Position numbers and translations under genes: made by a program. A DNA stretch of 64,000 nucleotides, from assembly GCA_963850905.1 (NCBI GenBank), contig CAWKMU010000004.1, positions 128,001 through 192,000 on the forward strand. Direction: 5' to 3'. This DNA comes from an uncultured Gemmatimonadales bacterium. GTDB taxonomy: Bacteria > Gemmatimonadota > Gemmatimonadetes > Gemmatimonadales > Gemmatimonadaceae. This document shows positions 29,025 to 40,472 of this stretch, one piece after another (the stretch's first letter is position 1; every line of letters begins with the position of its first letter). The notes under the pieces were generated by a model. The model had not been told where the DNA came from. It made no database searches and saw only the letters and a program-made list of their open reading frames with translations.

Positions 29025-30275
29025 GTGGCGTTCCGTGTGCGCGGGAGCGCCATATTTGAGGGCGTCGCCATCGCCGTCGACGCGTTGCGCGCCAACAAGG
29101 TGCGGGCAGGCCTCACGATCCTCGGTATCTCGGTCGGCGTGTTTGTGGTCGTTGCGATGGAAGCGGCCATCAACGGGATCAATACCAGTGTCGCTCGCGA
29201 TATCGAGTCTGCGGGGGCGACCACGTTCTTCCTGCAACGCTACCCACTCGTGTTCACGGACTGCGATGGTAGCGATGAGCAATGCCCGTGGCGCCACAAC
29301 CCGCCGTTGCGCCTTGCCGAGGCCGATCGGCTGGCGGAGGTGCCATCGCTGGCCGGCGTCACGGCGGAGATCGATTGGTCGGCGGCCTTCAAGTACGCCG
29401 ACCACCGCCTCCGCTCCGCCGAGCTCAGGGGCTACACCCCTGACTGGCCACGCACCGACGGCGGGGACATCTATCCGGGACGCTCCTTCACGCCGCAGGA
29501 GAACGCGAGCGGCGCGCAGGTCGTGCTGATCAACGACCGGATGGCGACCAACCTGTTTCAGGACCGAGATCCCCTCGGGAAAACCATCTTCATCGACAAC
29601 AGCCCGTTCCAGGTGATCGGCCTGTATCACTACAAGGCGAGCTTCCTGACTGGGGGCGATCGGGCGGTCGCCATCATCCCCATGCAGACCTTGGTGCGGC
29701 ACTTTCCGGTCTGGATGGGTTGGGCCAGCTTCATCATCAAGCCGCGAGAAGGGGTCGGCCGCGACGAGGCGATCGACGATGTGGTCGCGACGATGCGGGG
29801 CACCCGCGGCCTCCGTCCCGCAGCGCCCAACGACTTCTACGTGCTGACCCAGGACCGGCTGTTCGAGGTCTATAACAAATTCTTCGGTGTCATGTTCCTG
29901 GTGGTGCTGGTCCTCGCGTCGGTCGGTCTGATGGTCGGCGGTGTGGGCGTGATCGCGATCATGATGATCAGCGTCACCGAGCGGACCCGCGAGATCGGCG
30001 TCCGCAAGGCATTGGGTGCGACCAAGCTCGTCATCCTGTGGCAGTTCCTCGTCGAGTCGATCACGTTGACGGGCATCGGTGTCGTGATTGGTCTGGTGAC
30101 AGGCTGGGGTCTGGCAGCCATTGTGCGTCTCGCCACACCGGTTGCGGCATCGGTACCGCCGATCGCTGTCGTCTTGGCGCTCGCGAGCAGCGTGCTGACC
30201 GGGATCCTGTTTGGGATTTACCCGGCGTTTCGCGCGGCGCGCCTCGACCCCGTCGTCGCCCTCCGCCACGAATGA
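29025..30275 (+). CDS. MacB/FtsX-type ABC permease (second paralog)
   Basis: IMMISVTERTREIGVRKALGA, YPAFRAARLDPVVALR. Confidence 0.95.
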   Translation: MAFRVRGSAIFEGVAIAVDALRANKVRAGLTILGISVGVFVVVAMEAAINGINTSVARDIESAGATTFFLQRYPLVFTDCDGSDEQCPWRHNPPLRLAEADRLAEVPSLAGVTAEIDWSAAFKYADHRLRSAELRGYTPDWPRTDGGDIYPGRSFTPQENASGAQVVLINDRMATNLFQDRDPLGKTIFIDNSPFQVIGLYHYKASFLTGGDRAVAIIPMQTLVRHFPVWMGWASFIIKPREGVGRDEAIDDVVATMRGTRGLRPAAPNDFYVLTQDRLFEVYNKFFGVMFLVVLVLASVGLMVGGVGVIAIMMISVTERTREIGVRKALGATKLVILWQFLVESITLTGIGVVIGLVTGWGLAAIVRLATPVAASVPPIAVVLALASSVLTGILFGIYPAFRAARLDPVVALRHE

Positions 30276-30288
30276 CAGCGGTCGGGTC

Positions 30289-31014
30289 ATGACCGCCGTC
30301 GCGGTGGATGTCCTCGCGATCGCGGCGCACCCTGACGATGTCGAGCTGACCTGCGGCGGCACGCTCCTGCGCGCGCTGGAGTTCAATCGGCGGACGGCGA
30401 TCATCGACTTGACGGCGGGCGAGACCGGCACGAAAGGATCGCCGGCCACACGCGCCGCCGAAGCCGCAAAGGCCGCAGCCGTCCTCGGCGTGAGCGCCCG
30501 TGAAAATCTGGGTCTACCGGACGCGGGCGTGGTCAACACGCCCGACACACGGATCGCGCTCGCGCGAGTCATCCGCCGATTCACACCGCGCGTGGTAATC
30601 GCTCCGGCGCTCGAAGGCCGTCATCCGGACCACCGTGCCGCCGCTGAGTTGGTGCGCGATGCGTGTTTCATCGCGGGTCTCGCGAAAGTGGCGCCGGACA
30701 TCCCGAGACACCGACCCTTCAAGGTGCTCCACTGCCTGTCCTTTCGGGAGGACTGGCAGAAGCCATCGTTCGTCGTCGACATCTCCAGCGTCTTCGATCG
30801 GAAGCTGGAAGCGATCTTCTGCTACGCGTCGCAGTTCGAAGGGGTGTCGCAAGCCGGCGAGGTCTATCCCAACGGCGATCCGCTGCGGGACATCATTCGG
30901 CATCAGGCCGCGCACTACGGATCGCTGATCCGCTCCCGGTACGGTGAGCCGTTTTTCACCTTCGAAACCATGCGCGCCGACGACGTCGCTGGCCTCGACG
31001 TCGCGACTTTCTGA
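30289..31014 (+). CDS. bshB1: PIG-L family deacetylase, BshB1-like (bacillithiol biosynthesis)
   Basis: AHPDDVELTCGGTL, DLTAGETGTKG, RHPDH, PSFVVDIS, YASQF, YGEPF. Confidence 0.85.
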   Translation: MTAVAVDVLAIAAHPDDVELTCGGTLLRALEFNRRTAIIDLTAGETGTKGSPATRAAEAAKAAAVLGVSARENLGLPDAGVVNTPDTRIALARVIRRFTPRVVIAPALEGRHPDHRAAAELVRDACFIAGLAKVAPDIPRHRPFKVLHCLSFREDWQKPSFVVDISSVFDRKLEAIFCYASQFEGVSQAGEVYPNGDPLRDIIRHQAAHYGSLIRSRYGEPFFTFETMRADDVAGLDVATF

Positions 31015-31027
31015 CTTCGACTGGCGG

Positions 31028-31285
31028 TCAGACTTCCGTCTGATCCACGTAACACCAGCTCCACGATTCTCCCGGCTCGATCGAGCGCATGATCGGGTGC
31101 TTCGTGGAATGGAAATGCTTGGTCGCGTGCTTGTTCCTTGATGAGTCACAGCACCCGACATGGCCACAGGTCCGACACATCCGCAGGTGAACCCAGGAGT
31201 CGCCCATGGCGAGGCACTCCTCGCATCCCTTGGCCCGCGGCTGGACCGGTTGGACCTCCTTCACGTGCGCGCACGACGTCGTCAT
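31028..31285 (-). CDS. Stand-alone UBP-type zinc finger protein
   Basis: GCEECL...WVHLRMCRTCGHVGCCDSS.NKHATKHF, WSWCYVD; GGGAGG SD. Confidence 0.93.
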   Translation of the reverse strand: MTTSCAHVKEVQPVQPRAKGCEECLAMGDSWVHLRMCRTCGHVGCCDSSRNKHATKHFHSTKHPIMRSIEPGESWSWCYVDQTEV

Positions 31286-31306
31286 CCAATCCTCCCGCTG
31301 ATTAGT

Positions 31307-32395
31307 TCATCGGCCCGATGGGCGCGGCCGCTCGCTCGCCTTGTACATGTAGGCGGACGCCTCGAGGCGTGCGCCGCGTGCATCAGCAACCGCAAACTGC
31401 GAGCCCTCGTAGGCCGATGCCGCCGCGTAGCGCCCGTCTTTCGTGACACAGTAGTAGTCGAGATCGAACCGCGGGCGGCCGCGCTCGTCGAGCAACCGCG
31501 CCTCCGTCATCGCGATGACTCGTTCAATGACTGTCAGAAGCGCAGCTTCGGGATCCTTACCTTGTCGCAACAGCTCGACCGCGAGGAACGCACCGCACAC
31601 CTTCATGTTCGCTTCGCCGCGACCGGTCGACCCCGCGGCGCCCACGGTGTTGTCGCAGTATTGGCCGGCCCCAATGATGGGACTGTCGCCCACGCGCCCC
31701 GGAATTTTCCAGGACAAGCCGCTCGTCGTCGTGACACTGCCGATGTCGCCCTTCCCGTCGACGGCGTTCATGTTGATTGTCCCGTGCGTGTACGGCACAG
31801 CCTCGACGATCTTCACGTCTCCCGGGTGGTCGAGCCAGGCATCGTTCGGGTTGAGATTCGCCTTCCAGCGCAGCCACGCCTGACGACTCTTGTCGGTCAG
31901 CAGGTTCTGCTCCTTGAAGCCCATCTCGAGAGCGAACTTCTTGGCTCCCGCCCCGACGAGGAAAATGTGGTCGGTGTAGTCCATGACGGCCTTGGCCACC
32001 AGCGACGGCGTGGCGATGTCCTCGAGGGCACCGACTGCGCCGGCTCGCTTGGTCGGGCCGTGCATCACGCTCGCGTCGAGCTGGACCACCCCGTCTTCGT
32101 TGGGCAATCCGCCAAGTCCAACCGATTGATCCTCGGGGTCCAGCTCTTGGATGTTCACGCCGGCGATCGCGGCGTCCAGTGGATCGGCCCCGTGCTGCGA
32201 GATCATCTCGAATGCGCGGGCGACACCCCGGATGCCGTTGGCTGAAGAAATGACGACGGGCCGCGTGGCCGGTGCATGCCGCCAGACAGCCCTCGGCTCA
32301 CCAGCGGCCGGCAGCGCGAAAGCGTCCCGAGGTAGTATCGAGCTCACGGCCGCCGCCGCGCCTGCGCCGACGAAATCGCGACGAGTGATTGACAC
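31307..32395 (-). CDS. Glycosylasparaginase / Ntn-hydrolase (asparaginase_2) with Tat signal
   Basis: ITRRDF Tat motif; SVGLGGLP, LDASVM, HG|TI autoproteolysis site, PGRVGDSPIIGAG, GSTGRGE. Confidence 0.93.
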   Translation of the reverse strand: MSITRRDFVGAGAAAAVSSILPRDAFALPAAGEPRAVWRHAPATRPVVISSANGIRGVARAFEMISQHGADPLDAAIAGVNIQELDPEDQSVGLGGLPNEDGVVQLDASVMHGPTKRAGAVGALEDIATPSLVAKAVMDYTDHIFLVGAGAKKFALEMGFKEQNLLTDKSRQAWLRWKANLNPNDAWLDHPGDVKIVEAVPYTHGTINMNAVDGKGDIGSVTTTSGLSWKIPGRVGDSPIIGAGQYCDNTVGAAGSTGRGEANMKVCGAFLAVELLRQGKDPEAALLTVIERVIAMTEARLLDERGRPRFDLDYYCVTKDGRYAAASAYEGSQFAVADARGARLEASAYMYKASERPRPSGR

Positions 32396-32421
32396 CTACG
32401 CTCCCTGTGAGGGCTGAGGCC

Positions 32422-33144
32422 CTAAAGGTTGTGTTTCCCTCGCTCGGCGGCAACGGGATCGGTGCCGGCCAAGCGGCCCGCCGCCATCGAACCGGCCCGC
32501 GATCGCCCCGCCAGCGTGCGCACCCCGGCGACGGCCGCCCAGACGCAGAATAGCGCGACAGCAGTCACCGTGCCGCGGCTCGCCGGGTCGAAAGCCACGA
32601 CGCCGATCAAACCGCCGATCGCCGCAACGCCGGCCAACACCGCCATGTACAGCGGGTGCCGCGCGTCCCGACGCATGATGATCGCGAGCGCGACACACGC
32701 CAGCGCGACGAGCGCATTGCCGATGCGGGCGCGGGTCAGGGAGTCCGCGTGGCCGCGGGCAAATCCGGCCGCTGCTTCCTGGTGTCCTTGCATGTAGCGC
32801 GCGGCCTCGCCCGTCCCCGTTTGCGCCATGAACGCGACGTTGCTCGCGTTGAGCGCCAGCCCGCAGACGATGATCGCAAAGACGACCGCCAGCGCGAGCC
32901 GCATACCGGGCGCTTCCCCGAACAGTTGGCCCCAGATGCCGATCATGATCAGAGCCGAGCCGGCCAGCATGACCAGGTGGATCGCACGCCAGTAGCCGGT
33001 CTCCGCGATGACCGCTAACTGGCCGGCGAGGTCGCTCGGAAGGATGGGATGCAGCGCCGCACCAACCCCGAGCAAGGCCGTTCCCACCAGCAGGATCACG
33101 GCCAGCGTGCGTCCATTGGAGGACCCTGAGATCGCTGCGTCCAT
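32422..33144 (-). CDS. Hypothetical integral membrane protein (~6 TM)
   Basis: 240-aa hydrophobic ORF. Confidence 0.75.
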   Translation of the reverse strand: MDAAISGSSNGRTLAVILLVGTALLGVGAALHPILPSDLAGQLAVIAETGYWRAIHLVMLAGSALIMIGIWGQLFGEAPGMRLALAVVFAIIVCGLALNASNVAFMAQTGTGEAARYMQGHQEAAAGFARGHADSLTRARIGNALVALACVALAIIMRRDARHPLYMAVLAGVAAIGGLIGVVAFDPASRGTVTAVALFCVWAAVAGVRTLAGRSRAGSMAAGRLAGTDPVAAERGKHNL

Positions 33145-33197
33145 GTGGCGTAAGATGTCACGGACGTGACGGTCTCGCTGGAGCCTCGTCGCTCAGC

Positions 33198-34335
33198 GTG
33201 AGTCATCCCCCCACCGGTCGAGCGACGCCACACGCAGCAGGGAGTGTGGCGGGGCGTCAGGTCCCCGCTTTGGATGGCGTCCGCGGAATCGCCGTCGCCA
33301 TGGTGATGGCGTTCCACATTCTGGCGCGCCCCTTTGACGGGTCTTGGCTGGTCAGGTGTCGACCTCTTCTTCGTCCTCTCCGGATTCCTGATCACCGGGA
33401 TTCTGTGGGACACTCGGGATGTACCGGGCCGGGCGCGCACATTCTACATTCGCCGCGCGCTGCGCATTCTGCCGCTCTACTATATCGTTCTGGTAGCGGT
33501 CTTCGTCGTCCGGCCGCTGCTGGGCTGGAATCATCGTCTCGACGACGTCGCCCTCGCTCCCGAACAGATCTGGTATTGGACGTATCTCTGCGACTGGCGC
33601 ATCGCGCTTGGCCACCCGCGCGCTTTCACGTTCCTCACGCATTTCTGGAGTCTCTCGATCGAGGAGCAGTTCTATCTCGTGTGGCCGTTCGTCGTCTGGC
33701 ACTGCACACGGCGTCGCACCATGGGGATCGCGATCGCGCTGGTCGTCATCGCGTGTCTATTGCGCCTCTACCTGGCCTTCGCGACGACCGCTCCCGGTAC
33801 TGCATACGCCTGGCTCCCCTGCAGGGCTGACGCGCTCGCCATCGGGGCGATCGTCGCGCTGGCGTTGCGCGGGCCCGGCGGTGTCGCGGCGGTCCGTCGC
33901 TGGCTCCTGCCACTCGCGCTCCTCGGCGTTGTCACGGTGGCCGCGCTGACCATTGTACGCCCGACCATGCAATTCGATGACGTGGGCATGATCGTCGGCG
34001 GTTACATGGCGTTTGATTGGGCGTTCGCGGGGCTCGTCTTCTTTGCTGCCACGACGCGGTCCGATTTTCTGGAAGCCCGCCCACTGCGTGCGGCCGGACG
34101 CTATAGCTATGGCCTCTACGTATTCCACCCGCTCGTCATGTGGTGGATCACCCGCGACATTCCCTGGCTCGAGCGCGATCAACTACGCTTCGCGACCGGC
34201 GCCGTCCTGCTGTCCGTCGCCGTCGCCTGGCTGAGCTACCGGCTCTACGAATCGCCCTTCCTGCGACTCAAAGAGCGTTGGGCGCGTGTGCCAGTCGCGT
34301 CGGTGGACGCACCGGCGTTTGAGGCAGCCGCCTGA
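33198..34335 (+). CDS. Acyltransferase-3 (OafA-like) membrane O-acyltransferase, one frameshift near 33335
   Basis: ALDGVRGIAV..V.AFH, then GVDLFFVLSGFLI, FYIRRALRILP, HFWSLSIEEQFY, YSYGLYVFH. Confidence 0.92.
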
Positions 34336-34352
34336 TAGGAAGCCTTGGACCG

Positions 34353-34377
34353 GTAGGGGCGACGCTTTGCGTCGCCC
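34353..34377 (+). repeat. GTAG-type REP-like palindrome
   Basis: GTAG-GGGCGACGC-TTT-GCGTCGCCC (perfect 9-bp stem) between convergent genes. Confidence 0.7.
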
Positions 34378-34452
34378 GTCGTTGTCGTTGCGGTGGTGGC
34401 CCCTGACCCCGACCTCCGACCCCGCCGTCCCTTCTCTTACAACTGACCTGCC

Positions 34453-35634
34453 TCACGTCCGGTACTTCAGCCCAGTCCCAGTGTTGAACACCACGACGCG
34501 CTCCGAGGGCTGGATCCAGCCGCGCTCCCGCAACGCCTCGACGGCAGCCCACGCCGCACCGCCCTCGGGACAGACGTCGACCCCCGAGAGCGCCGCGAGT
34601 TCTCCGGTCTTCTCCGCGATGCTGTCCTCCGCGATCGCGATGGCGGTGCCCTGTGTTTCACGCAACGCACGCAGGCAGAGAAATCCGCCGAGGGGCGACG
34701 GCACCCGCAGGCCGTAGGCCCGAGTCTCGGCATCCGCCCAGGGCTCCGTCCGCACGGCGCCGGTCTCGAATCCCCGCACCACTGGCGCGCACCCAGCCGC
34801 CTGCACCGACACCATGCGCGGCACCCGCGCGCCATCGCGCAGCCAGCCCAACGCGCGCATTTCCCCAAAGGCCTTCCACATCCCGACGAGTCCCGTCCCC
34901 CCGCCCGTGGGATACACGATGACATCCGGCAACTCACCGTCGAACTGCTCGAACAACTCATACGCCATTGTCTTCTTGCCTTCGATACGATACGGCTCTC
35001 GCAGCGTCGACACGTCCCATGCATCCGCGGGACCGTTCGCTCGCAGCCACTTTCCGGCATCGGCGATGGTGCCAGGCACCAGGTGTACGTCAGCGCCGTA
35101 CAAGCGACACTCGGCGACGAATGCCGTCGGTGTGTCGTCAGGCATCGCCACCACGACCGGACGCTGGGCTGCGGCACCATAGGCGGCGAGCGCGCCGGCC
35201 GCGTTACCGGCCGAAGGCGCCGCAAAGGCTCGCGCCTCGAGCGCGGCGGCCACCGAAACTGCAGCGGTCATGCCGCGCGCCTTGAACGATCCCGTGGGGT
35301 TGCGCGCCTCGTCCTTGACCCACACCGACGAGTCCACGGGAATCAGTGGTGTCCATCCTTCGACGAGAGTGACCTCGCCCGACATCAGAGGGAGCACGTT
35401 GCGATAGCGCCACAGGGACGGGGGGCCATCGCGCAACATCGATCGCGGCATTGTCCCCTGGTCGATCGCATAGTCGACACGCAGGGGCATCCCGCACGAC
35501 CGGCACACAGTCTGCGGCGTGCGGTGATCGTGCCGCTGGCCGCAGGCGAAGCAGGTGAGGCCGGTGAGCCGTGGGTTGAACGTGGCCGCGGGGCGTACCC
35601 GCGGAGTGAGCGTGGGAGCAAAGTGAGTCGTCAT
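34453..35634 (-). CDS. thrC: Threonine synthase (PLP-dependent, zinc-ribbon N-terminus)
   Basis: NPTGSFKARG, PSAGNA, EPYRIEGKKTM, YPTGGGTG, VVFNTGTGLKY. Confidence 0.88.
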   Translation of the reverse strand: MTTHFAPTLTPRVRPAATFNPRLTGLTCFACGQRHDHRTPQTVCRSCGMPLRVDYAIDQGTMPRSMLRDGPPSLWRYRNVLPLMSGEVTLVEGWTPLIPVDSSVWVKDEARNPTGSFKARGMTAAVSVAAALEARAFAAPSAGNAAGALAAYGAAAQRPVVVAMPDDTPTAFVAECRLYGADVHLVPGTIADAGKWLRANGPADAWDVSTLREPYRIEGKKTMAYELFEQFDGELPDVIVYPTGGGTGLVGMWKAFGEMRALGWLRDGARVPRMVSVQAAGCAPVVRGFETGAVRTEPWADAETRAYGLRVPSPLGGFLCLRALRETQGTAIAIAEDSIAEKTGELAALSGVDVCPEGGAAWAAVEALRERGWIQPSERVVVFNTGTGLKYRT

Positions 35635-35707
35635 AGTGTGAGCGTAGCGCGTCTACCGGACCTTCGCAATCCGCCAACTGCGCCTTGACGCCAGTATATT
35701 TTCCCCC

Positions 35708-36871
35708 ATGGCTGACCCCATCTACTTAGATCACGCGGCCACCACGCCCGTTCGGGCTGAGGTCCGAGAGGCGATGGCGCCATTTTTCGGGCCTCGGTTC
35801 GGCAATCCGTCGAGCTTGCACCGTTGGGGCCGCGACGCCCGGGTCGCGCTGGACGAGGCCCGCGAGCGCGTGGCGGCCTGTCTGGGCGCGGCGCCGGACG
35901 AGATCTGTTTCACCTCGTGTGGCACTGAGGGTGACAACCTGGCGATTCTGGGCGCGTGGCGCACGGCGCGCTCGCGCGGACGCAATGCCGTCGTCACGAC
36001 ACCCATCGAACACAAGGCCGTGCTGGCATCGGTCCACCACGCGGCCGCTGAAGGCGCCGACGAGCGCACACTCGCAGTCGATCGGATGGGCGTCGTGGTG
36101 CGCGAGTCGGTCGACGCTCTCGTGTGTGACGATGCCGCCGTGTGCTCGGTGATGTGGGTCAACAACGAGATCGGCACGATGCAGGACGTCCCCGGGCTGG
36201 CCGACGCAGCGCATGCACGAGGTGTGGTGTTTCATACGGATGCCGTGCAGGCGTTCGGCAAAGTCCCGATCGATGCCCGGCGCCAGGCATTCGACTTGTT
36301 GACGGTGTCAGGCCACAAGATCGGAGCGCCCAAGGGCGTCGGTGCGCTCTACGTCCGCCGCGGCGTCGCGATCGAGCCGTTGATGCACGGGGGTACCCAG
36401 GATCGGGGGCGGCGCCCCGGCACCGAGAACGTCGCATTCGCCGTCGGCTTCGCTCGAGCGGCGGAGCTGACGACGGCCGAAGCCACCGCCGAATGCGCAC
36501 GACTGGCCGCGCTACGCGACAGGTTGGAGTGCGAGTTGCTCGCCCGCATCCCCGACGCGGTCGTGCATGGCCGCGGAGCCCCGCGCGCGCCACACATCCT
36601 CAACATCTCCGTGCCCGGCACAGACAGCGAGTCACTGCTGATGGCGCTCGACTTGGCCGGCGTCGCCGCGTCGTCGGGCTCTGCGTGCCAGAGTGGGAGC
36701 GTCTCGCCGTCGCATGTCCTTGCGGCGCTCGGTGTCCGGCCCGAGCTCGCCGTAGCCGCCATCCGAATGAGCCTCGGAGTGCTGACGACCGCCGAAGCAA
36801 CGGCCCGCGTCGCCCAGCTCTTCCCGGCCCTCGTCGCCAAAGCCCGCGGGCACGCCGCGACGTCTGCCTGA
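35708..36871 (+). CDS. iscS: Cysteine desulfurase (IscS/NifS family)
   Basis: [41 protein letters not shown]. Confidence 0.95.
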   Translation: MADPIYLDHAATTPVRAEVREAMAPFFGPRFGNPSSLHRWGRDARVALDEARERVAACLGAAPDEICFTSCGTEGDNLAILGAWRTARSRGRNAVVTTPIEHKAVLASVHHAAAEGADERTLAVDRMGVVVRESVDALVCDDAAVCSVMWVNNEIGTMQDVPGLADAAHARGVVFHTDAVQAFGKVPIDARRQAFDLLTVSGHKIGAPKGVGALYVRRGVAIEPLMHGGTQDRGRRPGTENVAFAVGFARAAELTTAEATAECARLAALRDRLECELLARIPDAVVHGRGAPRAPHILNISVPGTDSESLLMALDLAGVAASSGSACQSGSVSPSHVLAALGVRPELAVAAIRMSLGVLTTAEATARVAQLFPALVAKARGHAATSA

Positions 36872-37983
36872 TGGGCGAGCGCGTACTCGTCGCCATGTCC
36901 GGCGGCGTCGACTCGTCGGTCGCGGCCGCGCTCCTCGCGGAGCGGGGCTGGGACGTCGTCGGCGTGACGATGAAGCTCTTCTGCCATGGCGCTGAAGTGC
37001 CGGACCGGCCGTGCTGTTCCCTCGACTCGATTGACGATGCCCGGCGAGTGTGCGCGCAGCTCGGCGTCCCACACTACGTCGTGAATCTCGAGCAATCCTT
37101 TTCGCGCGACGTGGTACGGGACTTCGTGACGGAGTATGCCCGTGGGCGCACCCCAATACCGTGCGTCCGGTGCAACACGTTCACCAAGTTCCGCGATCTG
37201 TTGCGGAAGGCGGACGCGTTGGACGTGAAGTGGATCGCGACCGGTCACTACGCCCGCGTCGACGGCGGCGTCCTTCGCCGCGGCAGCGATCCCCGGAAGG
37301 ACCAGAGTTATTTCCTCTGGGGCGTAGATCGCGCGGTGCTCGGACGTCTGTTGCTGCCCGTCGGCGAACTCACCAAGAGCGAGACCCGCGCACGCGCGCG
37401 CGCCCTCGGACTGCTCCGCGTCGCAGACAAGCGCGAGAGTCAGGACATCTGCTTTGTGCCAGATGGCGATCACACCCACATCATCGCACAGCAGCTCGGC
37501 CAGGACACCCCGGCTCTACAACCGGGGCCGGTCGTCACGCGCGAAGGGCGTGTGCTCGCCCAGCACAACGGCTTCGCCCGGTACACGATCGGTCAGCGAC
37601 GCGGCCTGCCGGGTGGATCGTCGCAGGCCCAGTACGTTGTTGCGATTCGTCCCTCGGATCGTGCCGTGGTTGTCGGCGAAAAGGATGACCTGCTGTGCAA
37701 CAGTGTCGTAGCTCGGGAGGTCAACTGGCTGCTCGACGGAGCGCCGCACTGTGGAGATCGAGTCGGCGTGCAGGTCCGACACCGCGGCGCTATCGCGACC
37801 GCCGACGTCCGTCGTGTCGACGGTGTTGGCCCCCGCGGACCCGTGGAAATCGAGTTTTCGCTCCGCAGCCCACTGGCAGCCGTAACTCCGGGCCAATCGG
37901 TGGTGTTGTACGATGACGACCAGGTTCTCGGCGGAGGAGTCATCGAGTCTGCGCAGTCGGTCGGAGAGCGCCCTGGCGCCTAA
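36871..37983 (+). CDS. mnmA: tRNA 2-thiouridine(34) synthase
   Basis: [49 protein letters not shown]. Confidence 0.97.
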   Translation: MGERVLVAMSGGVDSSVAAALLAERGWDVVGVTMKLFCHGAEVPDRPCCSLDSIDDARRVCAQLGVPHYVVNLEQSFSRDVVRDFVTEYARGRTPIPCVRCNTFTKFRDLLRKADALDVKWIATGHYARVDGGVLRRGSDPRKDQSYFLWGVDRAVLGRLLLPVGELTKSETRARARALGLLRVADKRESQDICFVPDGDHTHIIAQQLGQDTPALQPGPVVTREGRVLAQHNGFARYTIGQRRGLPGGSSQAQYVVAIRPSDRAVVVGEKDDLLCNSVVAREVNWLLDGAPHCGDRVGVQVRHRGAIATADVRRVDGVGPRGPVEIEFSLRSPLAAVTPGQSVVLYDDDQVLGGGVIESAQSVGERPGA

Positions 37984-39355
37984 GGCAGTTGCCTGGCCAC
38001 GTCGACGACCGCTGCGGACGGTCGCGGCTGTGAGCCTCGTGATCCAGATCATCAGCGCGACATGGTGGCTCAAGCCGTACATGATGCCCAACGCCGCACT
38101 GGTCATCGCATCGACCCTCGCGGCCTCGGGTCGATACGAAGGCGGCAACTGGCAACGACTCAAGGGGACGGTCGTTCCGACCGATCCGCCGCTGCGGTCG
38201 TATCACCTCCCTGGCGAACCGGTATATCTGGCCGCCGGCCTTGCACTGCATCAGCCAGCCCTGTTCGCCTACTGGCACGTTCCGGTCGCCGTGCTGTTGG
38301 TGGTCGCCACTGCAGCGGTGGCGCTCGCGTTATTTGGCCCGGACGCAGCATTGCTCGCAGGGCTGATCGCGGCGTTCGACCCGCTGATCGTCATCCATGG
38401 TGCTGTCTACGACGACACGTTCCTCGGCGCGGCCCTTTTCTGGCTAATTGCGGCGATCGCGCTGTCCCGCTGGGTCGCCACGAGATCCGCGCGGAATGCA
38501 GTCCGCTCGAACAGCTCCTGGGTCGTCACCCCTGCGCTCGTGATCATCTCCGGCTGGGCGGCTGTCACTCGCACGGAGGCGCTCGTTGCGGTTGTCGGCG
38601 TTGCTGCAGGCTGCCTTGCGATACCCGGGTTGCGCGCGCTGCGATCAACCGGGCTTGCCATCGCCTTCGGTGTGATCCTCGCAGTTGGCGGGTGGGGCGA
38701 GCGGAACGCCATCGTGCAGCATCGTTTCATGACGGGGTCCTCGCATGACGGCGTAACCTTATGGGAATCGACTGAGCCAAATGCGATGCGCGCTCTGGCA
38801 CTCGGTCAAGTCAATGCACTGTCTGCCGACTCGTCGATCGTCGGGGCCATCTGGCAGCAGACGGCTGGCAAGGACGAGGTTGGCGCCAATGAGGTGTTCG
38901 TGCGCGCTGCCATCCAGGAGATGCGCGACGATCCGATTCGGGTCGCCGCGTTCGGGGTCCACAAGATTGGCATCTCCATCGCGGGGATCCGCCCCGAGCT
39001 CCCGATCAGTGCCCCCCGCAACCTCGTGTCGATCCTGTCCACGTTGGTGCTGGTCTGTCTGGCCATAGCAGGCGCCGCGCGCGTCTCGCGCGTGGCTCGC
39101 AAGCGCGATCCCGTACGGCATCTCGCTGGTGTGGGCGCCTGCGTACTGGGTTTGGAACTGCTTGGCGTACTTGCGCTCGGCCCCGTCGGCCTCCGCTACT
39201 GGATCCTCTGGCGCCCCGTGCTCTGGATCCTTGCCGGCCAAGCGTTGCTGGGGCTACGGCAAGACGCCGATGCCCTCAGTACTTCAGCCCACCAGCTGCC
39301 GCAAATTCCCGCATCATCCGCTGCTGATCCTCGGTCAAATGCTCCGGCACGTTGA
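37913..39355 (+). CDS. Polytopic membrane protein, GT-C/ArnT-like glycosyltransferase candidate
   Basis: About 10 [28 protein letters not shown] pattern; start uncertain, overlaps mnmA and dnaJ ends. Confidence 0.6.
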   Translation: MTTRFSAEESSSLRSRSESALAPKAVAWPRRRPLRTVAAVSLVIQIISATWWLKPYMMPNAALVIASTLAASGRYEGGNWQRLKGTVVPTDPPLRSYHLPGEPVYLAAGLALHQPALFAYWHVPVAVLLVVATAAVALALFGPDAALLAGLIAAFDPLIVIHGAVYDDTFLGAALFWLIAAIALSRWVATRSARNAVRSNSSWVVTPALVIISGWAAVTRTEALVAVVGVAAGCLAIPGLRALRSTGLAIAFGVILAVGGWGERNAIVQHRFMTGSSHDGVTLWESTEPNAMRALALGQVNALSADSSIVGAIWQQTAGKDEVGANEVFVRAAIQEMRDDPIRVAAFGVHKIGISIAGIRPELPISAPRNLVSILSTLVLVCLAIAGAARVSRVARKRDPVRHLAGVGACVLGLELLGVLALGPVGLRYWILWRPVLWILAGQALLGLRQDADALSTSAHQLPQIPASSAADPRSNAPAR

Positions 39356-40433
39356 TCGTGACTTCGACGATCAGATCCCCTGATTTACCATCCTTCTGAA
39401 TACCCTGCCCCGGCACGCGGAATCGCTTGCCGGCAGGTGTTCCCTCGGGGATGCGGAGCGCGACTTTCTTCCCGTCCAGCGTCCGAACGCTGATCCGCGA
39501 GCCCAGTGTCGCCTGGGCGATGTTGAGCGGCACAGTCGCGATGACATCGAGCCCATCGCGACGGAAAAAGCGATCGGACTGCACTTGAAACGTGATCACG
39601 ATGTCGCCCGCTGCGCCGCCATCCGCTCCTTTGCCACCCTGCCCGCGCAGGCGCACCTTGCTGCCCGTATCTGTCCCGGGCGGCACGGTAATGAGCACCC
39701 GCTTGTGACTCCGGACCTCGCCCATACCGTTGCACGTGGGACAACGCTGCGAGGGGACGCGCCCGCGACCGAGACAGACCGGGCACGTCCTCGTGACTGC
39801 AAAGCCACCCTGGCCGAGCGATACGACGCCCCGGCCGTTGCACTCGGGACAGGTCTTGTACGTCGCGCCGGGGGCGCCGCCGGCGCCGTGGCAGGTCGGG
39901 CACTGCTCCGTGACCTCGAGGTCGATCGGCACCTTTCCGCCGAGTGCAGCGGTTCGGAACGGCACCTCGACCGACGTCTCGACCGACTGTCCACGCTCGG
40001 GGCCTGTGGAGCGGCCCGCCGCGCCGCGAGCGCCATTGAACATGTTGCTGAACAGGTCACCGAGCCCGCCAAGACCGCCAACATCGAAGTCTTCGAATCG
40101 GAATGACGAGCCGGGAGCGGGGCCTGACCCGGCGGACGGCCCCCCACTGCGACGCGCACTCGCACCTCGCCCGCCCCCGAAGGGCGCCCCATCGCCAAAC
40201 CCGCCGAAGGCACCAAGCCGGCGCATGTCATCGTACTGTTTGCGCTTCTCGGCGTCCCCGAGGACGTTGTGCGCTTCGGATATTTCCTTGAAGCGTTCTG
40301 CGGCTTTCGGGTCGTTGGCGTTCGCGTCGGGATGATATCGCTTGGCGAGCTTGCGATACTGCTTCTTGATCTCGTCTTGCGTGGCCGATGCGGACACGCC
40401 GAGGACTGCGTAGAAGTCCTTCGTCTGTGCCAT
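39276..40433 (-). CDS. dnaJ: Chaperone DnaJ
   Basis: J domain with HPD, G/F region, four CxxCxGxG motifs. Confidence 0.97.
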   Translation of the reverse strand: MAQTKDFYAVLGVSASATQDEIKKQYRKLAKRYHPDANANDPKAAERFKEISEAHNVLGDAEKRKQYDDMRRLGAFGGFGDGAPFGGGRGASARRSGGPSAGSGPAPGSSFRFEDFDVGGLGGLGDLFSNMFNGARGAAGRSTGPERGQSVETSVEVPFRTAALGGKVPIDLEVTEQCPTCHGAGGAPGATYKTCPECNGRGVVSLGQGGFAVTRTCPVCLGRGRVPSQRCPTCNGMGEVRSHKRVLITVPPGTDTGSKVRLRGQGGKGADGGAAGDIVITFQVQSDRFFRRDGLDVIATVPLNIAQATLGSRISVRTLDGKKVALRIPEGTPAGKRFRVPGQGIQKDGKSGDLIVEVTINVPEHLTEDQQRMMREFAAAGGLKY

Positions 40434-40472
40434 GAGCGGAATGTAAAACGTGCGGCGGTCAGCGACCGCGCG

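Noticed and set aside
28134..30584. Long antisense ORFs (for example 816 aa here; also 45280..47466, 10600..12360, 54040..55581)
   Set aside because: Shadow frames of well-supported genes in high-GC DNA with no recognisable motifs.
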